Assembly (NCBI GenBank): GCA_037142675.1
Contig: JBAXAF010000001.1
Coordinates: 28,543 to 92,542 of the forward strand
Direction of reading: 5' to 3'
DNA: 64,000 bases
From: Candidatus Berkelbacteria bacterium
Lineage (GTDB): Bacteria > Patescibacteriota > UBA1384 > XYA2-FULL-43-10 > CAINNR01
Under the pieces are notes generated by a model. That model was not told the DNA's origin. It ran no database searches and saw nothing but the letters and a program-made list of their open reading frames with translations. Position numbers and translations under genes: made by a program. Shown here in pieces: positions 10,239-18,264 of this stretch (positions are counted from its first letter, which is position 1; each line of letters begins with the position of its first letter).

Positions 10239-11009
10239 TTAAAGATCTAAATTTCTGATGAATGTGTGCCAAGTTAGGCGTAGCCCTAAAGGAATATAGA
10301 AAAACAAATATTTTATCAGGGCTAGAACTGACCAAGTTCCGTAAATTGCTTTGGTTTGGTGGTTTTTTAGCGCCCGTTTTAAATCGGCGGCAGTTTTGCC
10401 TTCAAAAACCGTGTATGCTCGGCCAATTGCCTCAACAATATGGGCATCAGATCCGCCGGTTTCGCCACGAAAAAGAATAGTCTTATTTAGTGCTGATGCG
10501 GCTAGATTTTCATCGGCCAGAGTTGGTGTCCCATTTACAACCTCAACAGCATCTATTAAATATTTATTACTTATCAATTGTTTTGCGCCAATGCCGTCCA
10601 TGGTTGCTTGCGTCGGGTCATTAAAATTGGTGTGCATAAAAGGATGAGAGGGGACAGCAATTCCGCCTTGCTTGTGAATTTGTTCCAGAGTTGTATGAGC
10701 TGAATGTCCAGGTTCAATTGCTTCCTTCAAAAAAAGGCCAAGAATATGGCCGTGTTTCGAAGATATTTCTTCTCCAATTATTACATCAAAACGGTAATTA
10801 TTTCTTTCTGCGATTTTTACCGCCTGTTGCGCGCCTTCAATAGTGTCGTGATCAGTAATAGCGATAACGTTCAGATCAGTGTAATTTTGAACATATTCCA
10901 AAATTTGTTCAATTGTTGGCCGGCCATCAGAAAAATTACTGTGGATATGCACATCAGCACTGCTCAAACCTATAAAGTTCTCAAGTTTTTTTACCCCTCG
11001 CTTGTGCAT
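10239..11009 (-). CDS. PHP-domain phosphoesterase
   Basis: DVHIHSNFSDG, AITDHD, GEEI, GGSDAH. Confidence 0.9.
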   Translation of the reverse strand: MHKRGVKKLENFIGLSSADVHIHSNFSDGRPTIEQILEYVQNYTDLNVIAITDHDTIEGAQQAVKIAERNNYRFDVIIGEEISSKHGHILGLFLKEAIEPGHSAHTTLEQIHKQGGIAVPSHPFMHTNFNDPTQATMDGIGAKQLISNKYLIDAVEVVNGTPTLADENLAASALNKTILFRGETGGSDAHIVEAIGRAYTVFEGKTAADLKRALKNHQTKAIYGTWSVLALIKYLFFYIPLGLRLTWHTFIRNLDL

Positions 11010-11422
11010 TACTCGCCTTTATTGCTCTGGCCGAAACCACCCTGCTCCTCGTATCTTTCAGCGCCTTTAACCAAGGTGGCGCCAATCTTAAATTTGCGAA
11101 TTTTTCCTTCTGAGTCTAGAAATTCTTCTTTGTTGGATTTTTGATAAAAATCCAAAAGTTCAGCCGATAGAATATCTTTTAGAACACTAAGGTCTTGAGT
11201 GTTGTTTTTAATTTCCTCAACGTATTTTTGATTCTCTGGCAGGTTTAGAATTGTGTCTTTTACTTGCTTCTTTTTAATATTGGCAGTTTTTGCTTCTTCG
11301 CGAGCCTGAACATATTCCAAATCATTTTCGAGCTGCTGCTTAATAGCGTCTTTAGCGGCCTTAATTTCTTTTTGGTTTTTTTCTAACTCAGCGATTCGGT
11401 TTCGAATTTGGTCAACTTCCAT
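11009..11422 (-). CDS. Hypothetical coiled-coil protein
   Basis: 137 aa charged helical ORF, GAGG SD, coupled to PHP gene. Confidence 0.7.
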   Translation of the reverse strand: MEVDQIRNRIAELEKNQKEIKAAKDAIKQQLENDLEYVQAREEAKTANIKKKQVKDTILNLPENQKYVEEIKNNTQDLSVLKDILSAELLDFYQKSNKEEFLDSEGKIRKFKIGATLVKGAERYEEQGGFGQSNKGE

Positions 11423-11547
11423 TTTATCCTCGATTCTTTAAATTATTTTTAACTCTTTTCATCAGCATGGCAGATATAGACACCAGGATCAAGTTTCGCT
11501 TGCTTCTTGAAGCGTTTTTGAACCAAACCCAACATGAGTTTTTGTCT

Positions 11548-11625
11548 TGGTCGGAGAGAGAGGATTCGAACCTCCGATCTTCGGACCCCCAGCCCGACGC
11601 ATTAACCGGACTATGCTACTCTCCG
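11548..11625 (-). tRNA. tRNA-Pro(GGG)
   Basis: Reverse complement CGGAGAG...TCGGG-CT GGG GG-TCCGA...GGTTCGAATCC...CTCTCCG-A-CCA. Confidence 0.92.
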
Positions 11626-11627
11626 TA

Positions 11628-11856
11628 ATGTTCTACCCGTAAGCCCCAGCACCAGAGCAAAGCTCGGTACGGGGTGAATAAATTGGACTAGTGATAAAAG
11701 TGGGTGCCTCAGCACCAAGACCACGGTCCTAGCGCAATATTGAGCCAACCTTTCCATATCTTGCGACACAGATCAGCGCCCCGCATAACCTTGCGGCTAT
11801 TTGGGATCCCGACGTTAAAAAAATTGTGGTCCAATTTATTGAATCGGATAGAACAT
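11628..11856 (-). ncRNA. Candidate structured RNA (6S-like) directly upstream of tRNA-Pro
   Basis: Long-range stems 11628-35/11849-56 and 11677-90/11827-40, U-rich internal bubble, two GCAA tetraloop hairpins on minus strand, no ORF. Confidence 0.5.
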
Positions 11857-11904
11857 CATTAATATTAGCAGAAACTATTTTAACTTTTAAGATGCTCCAG
11901 AATT

Positions 11905-11945
11905 AAAAAATCGCCCGAAATACAGTTAGGCTGTCAGGCGATTTT
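11905..11945 (-). terminator. Intrinsic terminator after rpmB
   Basis: AAAATCGCC...GGCGATTTT stem with T-run on minus strand. Confidence 0.6.
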
Positions 11946-12107
11946 CTACTTGTCAGATTTGACAGCGGTACGCAAACAACGGGTGCAGAGAACTGTACCG
12001 TTAACTTTTTGTAGATTTGGCTTGAAAAGACGTTTGGTATGTCGCTGTGAATGGGAAACATTCGAGCCGACAACCTTGGCTTTTCCACAGATTGAGCAAA
12101 TGGCCAT
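11946..12107 (-). CDS. rpmB: 50S ribosomal protein L28 (53 aa)
   Basis: Hand translation [53 protein letters not shown]; below ORF-track cutoff. Confidence 0.93.
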   Translation of the reverse strand: MAICSICGKAKVVGSNVSHSQRHTKRLFKPNLQKVNGTVLCTRCLRTAVKSDK

Positions 12108-12279
12108 GATATTTAGTTTAAAACTAATAACGAATAACTAACAACCGCAACTTATAACAATTCAACTTCCAAAATTGAATCAAATTTGTTACAATACTTA
12201 AGAATTCTAACATAAATGTTTTAAAAATTCAACTTTCCAAAACTATTTGTTATTCACTTTTAGCTATTAGTTAATTATT

Positions 12280-12927
12280 ATGTTTCTACTTAACCTAATT
12301 TCTTCGCCATTTTTTGCCGTTGCAGCCATTGTTGGTTTGCTTTTGGCAATCACGGTTCATGAGTTTGCTCATGCTTGGATGGCCAATTACTTAGGCGATC
12401 CGACGGCAAAAAAACTTGGGCGGCTGACATTAAATCCTTTTAAACATTTGGATCCCCTGGGAACATTATTTTTATTGGTTGCTGGTTTTGGTTGGGGAAA
12501 ACCGGTGCCGTACAATCCATCAAATTTAAAATCCGATGCTGATGAAGTTAAGGTTGCACTGGCTGGAGTTTTTGCTAACCTAATATTTGCCTTAATTCTT
12601 GGTATCCCGCTACGGATTGCTACACTTAGCCACGTCGCAATTAATTCAAATATGTGGTTAATGGCAATTGAATTTGTGCTGGAAATGAATTTGATTTTAA
12701 TTGCTTTCAATATTATACCAATTCCACCACTCGACGGTTCGAAAATAATTTTTCAGTTTATTAGTTTTAACGCCCGAATGAGTTTTGAGCGATACGGTCC
12801 AATAATCTTATTCGCTTTAATAATTGCCAGCAATGTTTTTGGCTTTCCGTTTTTAGTCCGTTTTATGGAGCCAATAATCCGTGTACTCTCGTTTGCGGCT
12901 AAAGGAACATACACGGCGATATTTTAG
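12280..12927 (+). CDS. Site-2 protease family (M50) membrane metalloprotease
   Basis: HEFAH, GRLTLNP, FNIIPIPPLDG. Confidence 0.93.
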   Translation: MFLLNLISSPFFAVAAIVGLLLAITVHEFAHAWMANYLGDPTAKKLGRLTLNPFKHLDPLGTLFLLVAGFGWGKPVPYNPSNLKSDADEVKVALAGVFANLIFALILGIPLRIATLSHVAINSNMWLMAIEFVLEMNLILIAFNIIPIPPLDGSKIIFQFISFNARMSFERYGPIILFALIIASNVFGFPFLVRFMEPIIRVLSFAAKGTYTAIF

Positions 12928-12949
12928 CATTATCATCATCGGTGATCTA

Positions 12950-12975
12950 AGATTCCTGTTTGCACAGCAATGACA
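12950..12975. repeat. Family A repeat, degenerate single hairpin
   Basis: AGATTCCTGTTTGCACAGCAATGACA. Confidence 0.55.
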
Positions 12976-12977
12976 GA

Positions 12978-13014
12978 ATAAAAAACGCCCTGCCGGTGGT
13001 AAGACCGGCAGGGG
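12978..13014 (-). terminator. Intrinsic terminator of U2
   Basis: CCCTGCCGGT-loop-ACCGGCAGGG; minus-strand tail TTTTTTAT. Confidence 0.8.
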
Positions 13015-13043
13015 TTGTGTTCGTGATTGAGCCGTTGCCAGTG

Positions 13044-13742
13044 CTACACAGCAGCGACTTCGTCGGCAGGGCCCTCGAGCAACGCATGGATCCTGTCGGC
13101 GTCGGTGGCATCCATGCCAGCCGACCGACGCAAGGCAACTAGCTCATTGAGCCGATGCTTCAATCGCTTGAATGCCTGGTTGGCGGTGACGATCCGGTCG
13201 TCGGCGCCCGAGCGAAGCGCTGACTCGATTTCAGCCAGCGTTTCCTTGACGATCTGGTTGCCCCGGATTTCATCCATGGTGAGTCCTGCTTCAACGGCCT
13301 CGTCGACGATCTTCTTGATCCGCTCGGAGAAGATCGGTCGGGAGTTGGCGATCAGGCTGTCGGCAGCTTGGCCAACGGTCGGTCGCTGGACCCGCTGACA
13401 CTTCTCGTGTTTCAGATCAGCATCAATTGCTGTCCAGGGCGTCTCGCTCTGGTGAGGGCCATCAGTTGGCTTCACCGTCAGAGCGACTTGGTCGGACGGC
13501 AACCAATTGCCATGAGGGTCGCCCATCAACTTCTTGCGCGTGTCGGGGCCAATGAAGACCTTTGCTCCCTGGTTGGCCCCTTCGCCGCTGAGACACTCGA
13601 CAATAGTGGCGCGGCCGAAGCGCTCGTGGAGCGCCTCGATTTCGACCACCACTGCTAGTACGTCTGACTTTCGGTAATGCTGGCGGCGCTTGCCCTGTTC
13701 CATGATTACACTTTCTGTGCAAATATGATCTGGCTTCGTCAA
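13044..13742 (-). CDS. Hypothetical protein, GC-rich orphan unit U2 (start may be ATG 13703)
   Basis: 232 aa ORF, 34/60 GC in line 13141, own promoter and terminator. Confidence 0.75.
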   Translation of the reverse strand: MTKPDHICTESVIMEQGKRRQHYRKSDVLAVVVEIEALHERFGRATIVECLSGEGANQGAKVFIGPDTRKKLMGDPHGNWLPSDQVALTVKPTDGPHQSETPWTAIDADLKHEKCQRVQRPTVGQAADSLIANSRPIFSERIKKIVDEAVEAGLTMDEIRGNQIVKETLAEIESALRSGADDRIVTANQAFKRLKHRLNELVALRRSAGMDATDADRIHALLEGPADEVAAV

Positions 13743-13786
13743 GTCGAAGCTCTCAATTCACGCGCTTTGTGCGGCGGATGGTCAGA

Positions 13787-13815
13787 ATTGTAGCATAAAA
13801 TTATATATTTGTCAA
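13787..13815 (-). promoter_or_regulatory. Promoter of U2
   Basis: Minus strand TTGACA-17 nt-TACAAT with extended TG. Confidence 0.8.
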
Positions 13816-13843
13816 TAAAAAAAGCCTGCCACGGACGGCAGGC
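13815..13843 (-). terminator. Intrinsic terminator of U3, abutting the U2 -35 box
   Basis: GCCTGCC-6nt-GGCAGGC-TTTTTTTA-TTGACA on minus strand. Confidence 0.8.
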
Positions 13844-13868
13844 AGTGCTTGGTTGTTGGTGGGGCCGG

Positions 13869-14507
13869 TTAGGTCTCAGCCTGTACCGGGATTTCAAGCC
13901 CGGCTATCGGTTTCCTTGGCTGTGTCGCAGGGTCGGACAGGTGATCGATCAGTGGCGCGAATGTTCCCTGAAGTAGCGCCGCGACTGTCATTGGCTTGTG
14001 CCAGTCTTGATGATCGTCTTTGTAGGAGATATCGATCATCATCTCCTCGGACTTGGGCGCCTTGCGAGCTCCCTTGATGTGGCCGGGGTCATCAGCGAAG
14101 AGGATTTCTGCGTTCCGCAGGCTGTCTCGCTGATCACAATCACCATACATCAATCGAAGCAGTTTCAGGACTCTGGCATCGATTTGTGGAAATATCGGGG
14201 AGATGTCCGACAGGTCGACGTCGATTGTACCTGGACGGATAATGTCCTTGACGCTAAACCCCCGAATTGCCCATTCTCCTTCGTCGTCGGCGTACTCGAC
14301 GCGGAGTACTGTGTCGCTGGTGCCCATGCCAAAGGCTGGGTTTGTACTGAAGATCTTGCCGGTCAGTGACTCATCTTTACCCCACCCTCGGTACCGAACT
14401 GTGATCGGTCGACCTTGCAGAGACCGCCTAACTACATCAAGCTCGCAGTTCATGGCGATGAGTAGGTAGAGTGCGGCCGAATCTTCTGGCGACAATTGGG
14501 CTATCAT
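13869..14507 (-). CDS. Hypothetical protein, GC-rich orphan unit U3
   Basis: 212 aa ORF, GGGAG upstream; promoter less canonical (TTGCAA inside palindrome AATGGCTTGCAAGCCATT). Confidence 0.75.
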   Translation of the reverse strand: MIAQLSPEDSAALYLLIAMNCELDVVRRSLQGRPITVRYRGWGKDESLTGKIFSTNPAFGMGTSDTVLRVEYADDEGEWAIRGFSVKDIIRPGTIDVDLSDISPIFPQIDARVLKLLRLMYGDCDQRDSLRNAEILFADDPGHIKGARKAPKSEEMMIDISYKDDHQDWHKPMTVAALLQGTFAPLIDHLSDPATQPRKPIAGLEIPVQAET

Positions 14508-14622
14508 ATGTCAATACACTCCCACTGGATGCAGAATTGTTGGATCAACTAATATATATCAAAAAAATGGCTTGCAAGCCATTAATAATATTGATTTAGA
14601 TTGTCCGCAGGATCATCTTCGA

Positions 14623-14652
14623 TAGACCGCGCCCTTCGGGCTTGCAATGACA
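14623..14652. repeat. Family A-related degenerate hairpin ending GCAATGACA
   Basis: GCCC-TTCG-GGCTTGCAATGACA. Confidence 0.45.
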
Positions 14653-14663
14653 AAACAAAGAAA

Positions 14664-14996
14664 CTATTCCGGGAGGGTTAGCCCTTTTTCGTAGATTTTT
14701 TCGTTGCGTTTTACGATTTCTTTATTGAAACAATCTTCACAAAGAATATTTTCAGATTTTGGTTCAAAAGGAACTTCGGCCTTTTTGCCGCACTTTTTGC
14801 ACTTAATCCAGTTCATTGGGTGTTTTTCGCGCAGTTGTGATTTGAATTTCTCGGCACAAGGTTTGCAGCGCTTGGGCACATTTTGCAATCCCTTATCATA
14901 GAAAAACTGCTGCTCTCCGACGGTCCAAATGAATTTGTCGCCGCAGTCCTTGCAGACCAGAACTTGATCCTCGAATTGTTTTTCGCTTGTTGCCAT
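14664..14996 (-). CDS. Zinc-ribbon protein (CxxC-FxWTxGEQxF-PKRCxxC plus CxxC-x17-CxxC)
   Basis: DQVLVCKDCGDKFIWTVGEQQFF...PKRCKPC; CKKC...EVPFEP...CEDCF; start chosen at MATSEK. Confidence 0.85.
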   Translation of the reverse strand: MATSEKQFEDQVLVCKDCGDKFIWTVGEQQFFYDKGLQNVPKRCKPCAEKFKSQLREKHPMNWIKCKKCGKKAEVPFEPKSENILCEDCFNKEIVKRNEKIYEKGLTLPE

Positions 14997-15063
14997 TACA
15001 TAAATCGTACCGTCAAATGGTTTCATTGTCAATTCAGGGCAAATCTGTTAAATTTTGGAGTAG

Positions 15064-15777
15064 ATGGATAAAAATTCCGAAGCACAAAATTTGGCTGATA
15101 AAAAAGTATCATCTTATATTTATTATGGTTCGAATTCGGAAGCTTCTTATTTAGCGGTCAAAGATTTTGCCAAAAATGCCGGCATTTCCGAATTTGATAC
15201 AGTAGAAATTGAGCCGGAGGTAGGGGAGAAAAATTCCAAGGGTGAAATTGGTGTTAAAGCGGTTCGTGAAATGATTCGGCAAATAAACTTGACTCCAGGC
15301 CATGGCAGCGGTAAACTGGCGATAATCAAAGAAGCTGATCGATTGGGGCTTGAGGCGGCAAATACGCTGCTTAAAACCTTGGAGGAGCCGCCAAGAACGG
15401 CTACAATTATTCTATTGTCGGCCGATCTTAGATTGTTGCCAACTATTCGTTCGCGTTGCCAAATAGTCCGTTTTGATGATAAAACCACTGATGCTGACGA
15501 GGAAGTATTAGCTGAATTTCGGGAGATAATTCGCGGCAACTTGGGCAAGTCGTTTAAAAGTGCTGATAAAATGAGCACCAGTGCCGACTTGGACCAGCGA
15601 TTGAATACAATTCTTTCATCATTGCGTAATCAATTGCCAGATGACCCTAACATTAACAAAGTTAGAGTTATCAAATCAATATTGATGGCGAGGCGAAATT
15701 TAAAAATTACCACTAGCAAAAGATTAGTTTTAGAAAATTTATTTATGGAAATTAAATATGGCAAAAGTAGCAGTTAA
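15064..15777 (+). CDS. holB: DNA polymerase III delta-prime-like subunit (short)
   Basis: IIKEADRL..EAANTLLKTLEEPP, LLPTIRSRCQ; followed by PSP1 gene as in the common holB-yaaT order. Confidence 0.8.
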   Translation: MDKNSEAQNLADKKVSSYIYYGSNSEASYLAVKDFAKNAGISEFDTVEIEPEVGEKNSKGEIGVKAVREMIRQINLTPGHGSGKLAIIKEADRLGLEAANTLLKTLEEPPRTATIILLSADLRLLPTIRSRCQIVRFDDKTTDADEEVLAEFREIIRGNLGKSFKSADKMSTSADLDQRLNTILSSLRNQLPDDPNINKVRVIKSILMARRNLKITTSKRLVLENLFMEIKYGKSSS

Positions 15778-16552
15778 AATAAAAAGTACAGGTCAGATTA
15801 TTGAAGTTGACAGTGGAAAATTTGATTTTTCTACTGGCGATTGGCTGTTGGTAGAAACGCGTGAGTGCAAAGAGGTGGCAATTGTCGCAGATGGTGACCA
15901 CTCGGACACTGCGAAATCGGAAAGCGGGGAAGCTGCCGAGCCGGAAATTGAAATTATTCGAAAATTGTCAGAAAAAGATTTGGAGCAGTATAAAGAATAC
16001 AAAAAAATTGCCCAAGGTATGATTCCTGAATGCCAGAAAAAAATTGAGTTTCATAAATTACCGATGGAATTAATGGATGCTGAGCTTTCATTCGATGAAA
16101 AAAAATTAACCTTCTATTTTTCAGCCGAAGGCCGAGTAGATTTTCGCTCGTTGGTATCTGATTTGGCATCAACTTTCAAAAAATTAATTCGCTTGCAGCA
16201 AATAGGTGCTAGGGACGAAGCTAGATTTATCGGTGGCTGTGGTCGTTGTGGCCAGCCTCTTTGTTGCCGGAGGTTTCTAAAAGGTGATTTAGACTCTGTT
16301 ACCATTGATATGGCGCAAATTCAAGGATTAGCAGCCATGGGATCTACCAGAGTTACCGGCTGTTGCGGTAAGTTAATGTGTTGCTTAAAGTATGAGTTGG
16401 GCGAATATGAAGAATCAGCTAAAAGTATGCCAAAGATCGGCGACAAAATTAAAACTGAGAAGGGGCCAGGGTTTGTAATTTCGCAAAATTTATTAACCAA
16501 GAAAGTTTTGGTCGAGGTTGAAGACGGAACAAAATTGGAGGTAGAGTGCTAG
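15758..16552 (+). CDS. PSP1-domain protein (RicT/YaaT family)
   Basis: FYFSAEGRVDFRSLV, QIGARDEA, GGCGRCGQPLCC, GCCGKLMCCLKYE. Confidence 0.92.
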   Translation: MAKVAVKIKSTGQIIEVDSGKFDFSTGDWLLVETRECKEVAIVADGDHSDTAKSESGEAAEPEIEIIRKLSEKDLEQYKEYKKIAQGMIPECQKKIEFHKLPMELMDAELSFDEKKLTFYFSAEGRVDFRSLVSDLASTFKKLIRLQQIGARDEARFIGGCGRCGQPLCCRRFLKGDLDSVTIDMAQIQGLAAMGSTRVTGCCGKLMCCLKYELGEYEESAKSMPKIGDKIKTEKGPGFVISQNLLTKKVLVEVEDGTKLEVEC

Positions 16553-17262
16553 AAATAGCTATAATAGTATGTGTTGCAGCAGTTTTTGTCATAATTGCCT
16601 TTCGTTTCCCGAAGACGGGCAATTTATCTTTGGCAAAACGGGAAAAATCTTTTGACGATGAGGCGGCAATACTTGAGGCAAAAAAGATTTTGAATGAAAA
16701 GTCGCCCGAAGATTTACCGGAGGTTCTGCCCGCAGGAGTTGAGCCGACAGATGAACTTGATGCTTATGATGAAGAATTATCTGAGCTTCTAAAATCTGCT
16801 AGGGAAAAAATCGACAGTGGGAAATACGCTTCAGCAGAGAATATCTTAATCGATGCCATCTGCAAGGATAGCAAATGCGCTTGGGCATATGAGCGGCTGG
16901 GTCATGTGTATTTAATGATTGGGAAGAATTTGAATGACGCAACCGAGTCATTTCTTATGGCAACCAAAATTGATCGCGGCAATGACAGCGCTTGGTTTGG
17001 TCTCGGGCAAATTTATTTTTCTGAAGCTCATTTTAATAAAGCGATCGATGCTTTTTCCAAAGCAGTAAATATTTCTCGCACAGACGCGCAGTATTTGGCG
17101 GCGTTAGGCAAAGCGTACTTGGAAGTCCGACAATATGGCAAGGCGTCAAAATCATTGAAGCGTGCGGCATCACTCGACATTTCGAACGTTGAATATAAAA
17201 AATTGGCCTCATTCGCTGAAGATAAACATCGCGAGCACTCACGCGCATCAAAGCTTAGTTAA
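16546..17262 (+). CDS. Membrane-anchored TPR protein
   Basis: N-terminal TM; TPR-like AWFGLGQIYF...AIDAFSKAV, YLAALGKAYL. Confidence 0.8.
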   Translation: MLEIAIIVCVAAVFVIIAFRFPKTGNLSLAKREKSFDDEAAILEAKKILNEKSPEDLPEVLPAGVEPTDELDAYDEELSELLKSAREKIDSGKYASAENILIDAICKDSKCAWAYERLGHVYLMIGKNLNDATESFLMATKIDRGNDSAWFGLGQIYFSEAHFNKAIDAFSKAVNISRTDAQYLAALGKAYLEVRQYGKASKSLKRAASLDISNVEYKKLASFAEDKHREHSRASKLS

Positions 17263-17337
17263 TTCGTTGAAATTATATGTAAATTCTGATAGAATAGTGA
17301 GCGTTGAGGGTAATTTTTTATATTGAGGGGTAAATTT

Positions 17338-17413
<76 letters not shown>

Positions 17414-17506
17414 CCTCGACAAAATTGTCTCGGGTGGTACCAGTACCTGGAGATTATTATTGCCAGAATTGGCTCGGCTGATAACAACACCTTTAAAATT
17501 GCATAT

Positions 17507-17592
17507 GCTGGGATAGCGAAGTGGTCAAACGCATTGGACTGTAAATCCAACGGCTTACGCCTTCGTAGGTTCGAGTCCTACTCCCAGCACCA
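17507..17592 (+). tRNA. tRNA-Tyr(GTA)
   Basis: GCTGGGA...TTGGA-CT GTA AA-TCCAA, long variable arm, TTCGAGT, TCCCAGC-A-CCA. Confidence 0.95.
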
Positions 17593-17740
17593 GCCAAAAT
17601 TGCTAATTCAATTAGCGGTTTTGGCTGGTGAGTTGAATAGTAAGAAGGCGAGAAAGTCGGAGGCGCGACTGGCGCCGAGACGGGGTCGACGAATCCCGAA
17701 GCATCGGGATATCGGTGACCGAGTCCTACTCCCAGCACCA
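17593..17740 (+). mobile_element. Mini-element ending in a duplicate of the tRNA-Tyr 3' end
   Basis: 21-bp direct repeat CGAGTCCTACTCCCAGCACCA at 17572-92 and 17720-40 around 127 bp of hairpin-rich DNA. Confidence 0.6.
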
Positions 17741-17743
17741 CTT

Positions 17744-17819
17744 GCCGATATAGCTCAGTTGGTAGAGCAACACTTTTGTAAAGTGAAGGTCGTGGGTTCG
17801 AATCCCTCTATCGGCTCCA
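17744..17819 (+). tRNA. tRNA-Thr(TGT)
   Basis: GCCGATA...ACACT-TT TGT AA-AGTGA...TTCGAAT...TATCGGC-T-CCA. Confidence 0.9.
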
Positions 17820-17861
17820 TTTAAATCGTTTTAAAAAACAGAATAAACCCGAAAGGAATAT

Positions 17862-18023
17862 ATGGCAAAAGATGCACGCAATGTTGTAACTTTGGAATGC
17901 GAAGTCTGCAAGGAAAGAAATTATCAGACTGAGAAAAATACCAAATTGCAAAAAGAGCGATTACTTTTGAAAAAATATTGTAAACGCTGCAAAAAACAAA
18001 CTCAGCACAAAGAAGCTAAATAA
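17862..18023 (+). CDS. rpmG: 50S ribosomal protein L33 (zinc-binding type, 53 aa)
   Basis: Hand translation MAKDARNVVTLECEVCKERNYQTEKNTKLQKERLLLKKYCKRCKKQTQHKEAK*; AAGGA SD. Confidence 0.95.
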   Translation: MAKDARNVVTLECEVCKERNYQTEKNTKLQKERLLLKKYCKRCKKQTQHKEAK

Positions 18024-18038
18024 AACATAGCTTCACTT

Positions 18039-18112
18039 AGGGGTATAGTTCAATGGTAGAACGACGGTCTCCAAAACCGTTAATCGGGGTTCGAGCCCTC
18101 GTACCCCTGCCA
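18039..18112 (+). tRNA. tRNA-Trp(CCA)
   Basis: AGGGGTA...ACGGT-CT CCA AA-ACCGT...TTCGAGC...TACCCCT-G-CCA. Confidence 0.95.
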
Positions 18113-18264
18113 AAAATTCCTCAATCAATTTGTTTGGGGAATTTTTGATTAATAAGTGATAATTTATCAAAAACACGATATTTTTGGTTAAATTTTTAAA
18201 AAACGTATTGTTTTTTTTAAAATATGATAAGATTTAGCTAAATTATTAAAAAAATGGAGAAAAA

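Noticed and set aside
11449-11535. 28-codon minus ORF after tRNA-Pro
   Set aside because: No SD, no recognisable motif, too short to support
11903-12141. 61-aa and 63-aa track ORFs
   Set aside because: The real gene is rpmB in another frame
15064-16552. RicT/PSP1 gene without ricA/ricF
   Set aside because: holB-yaaT adjacency and solitary PSP1 genes are common
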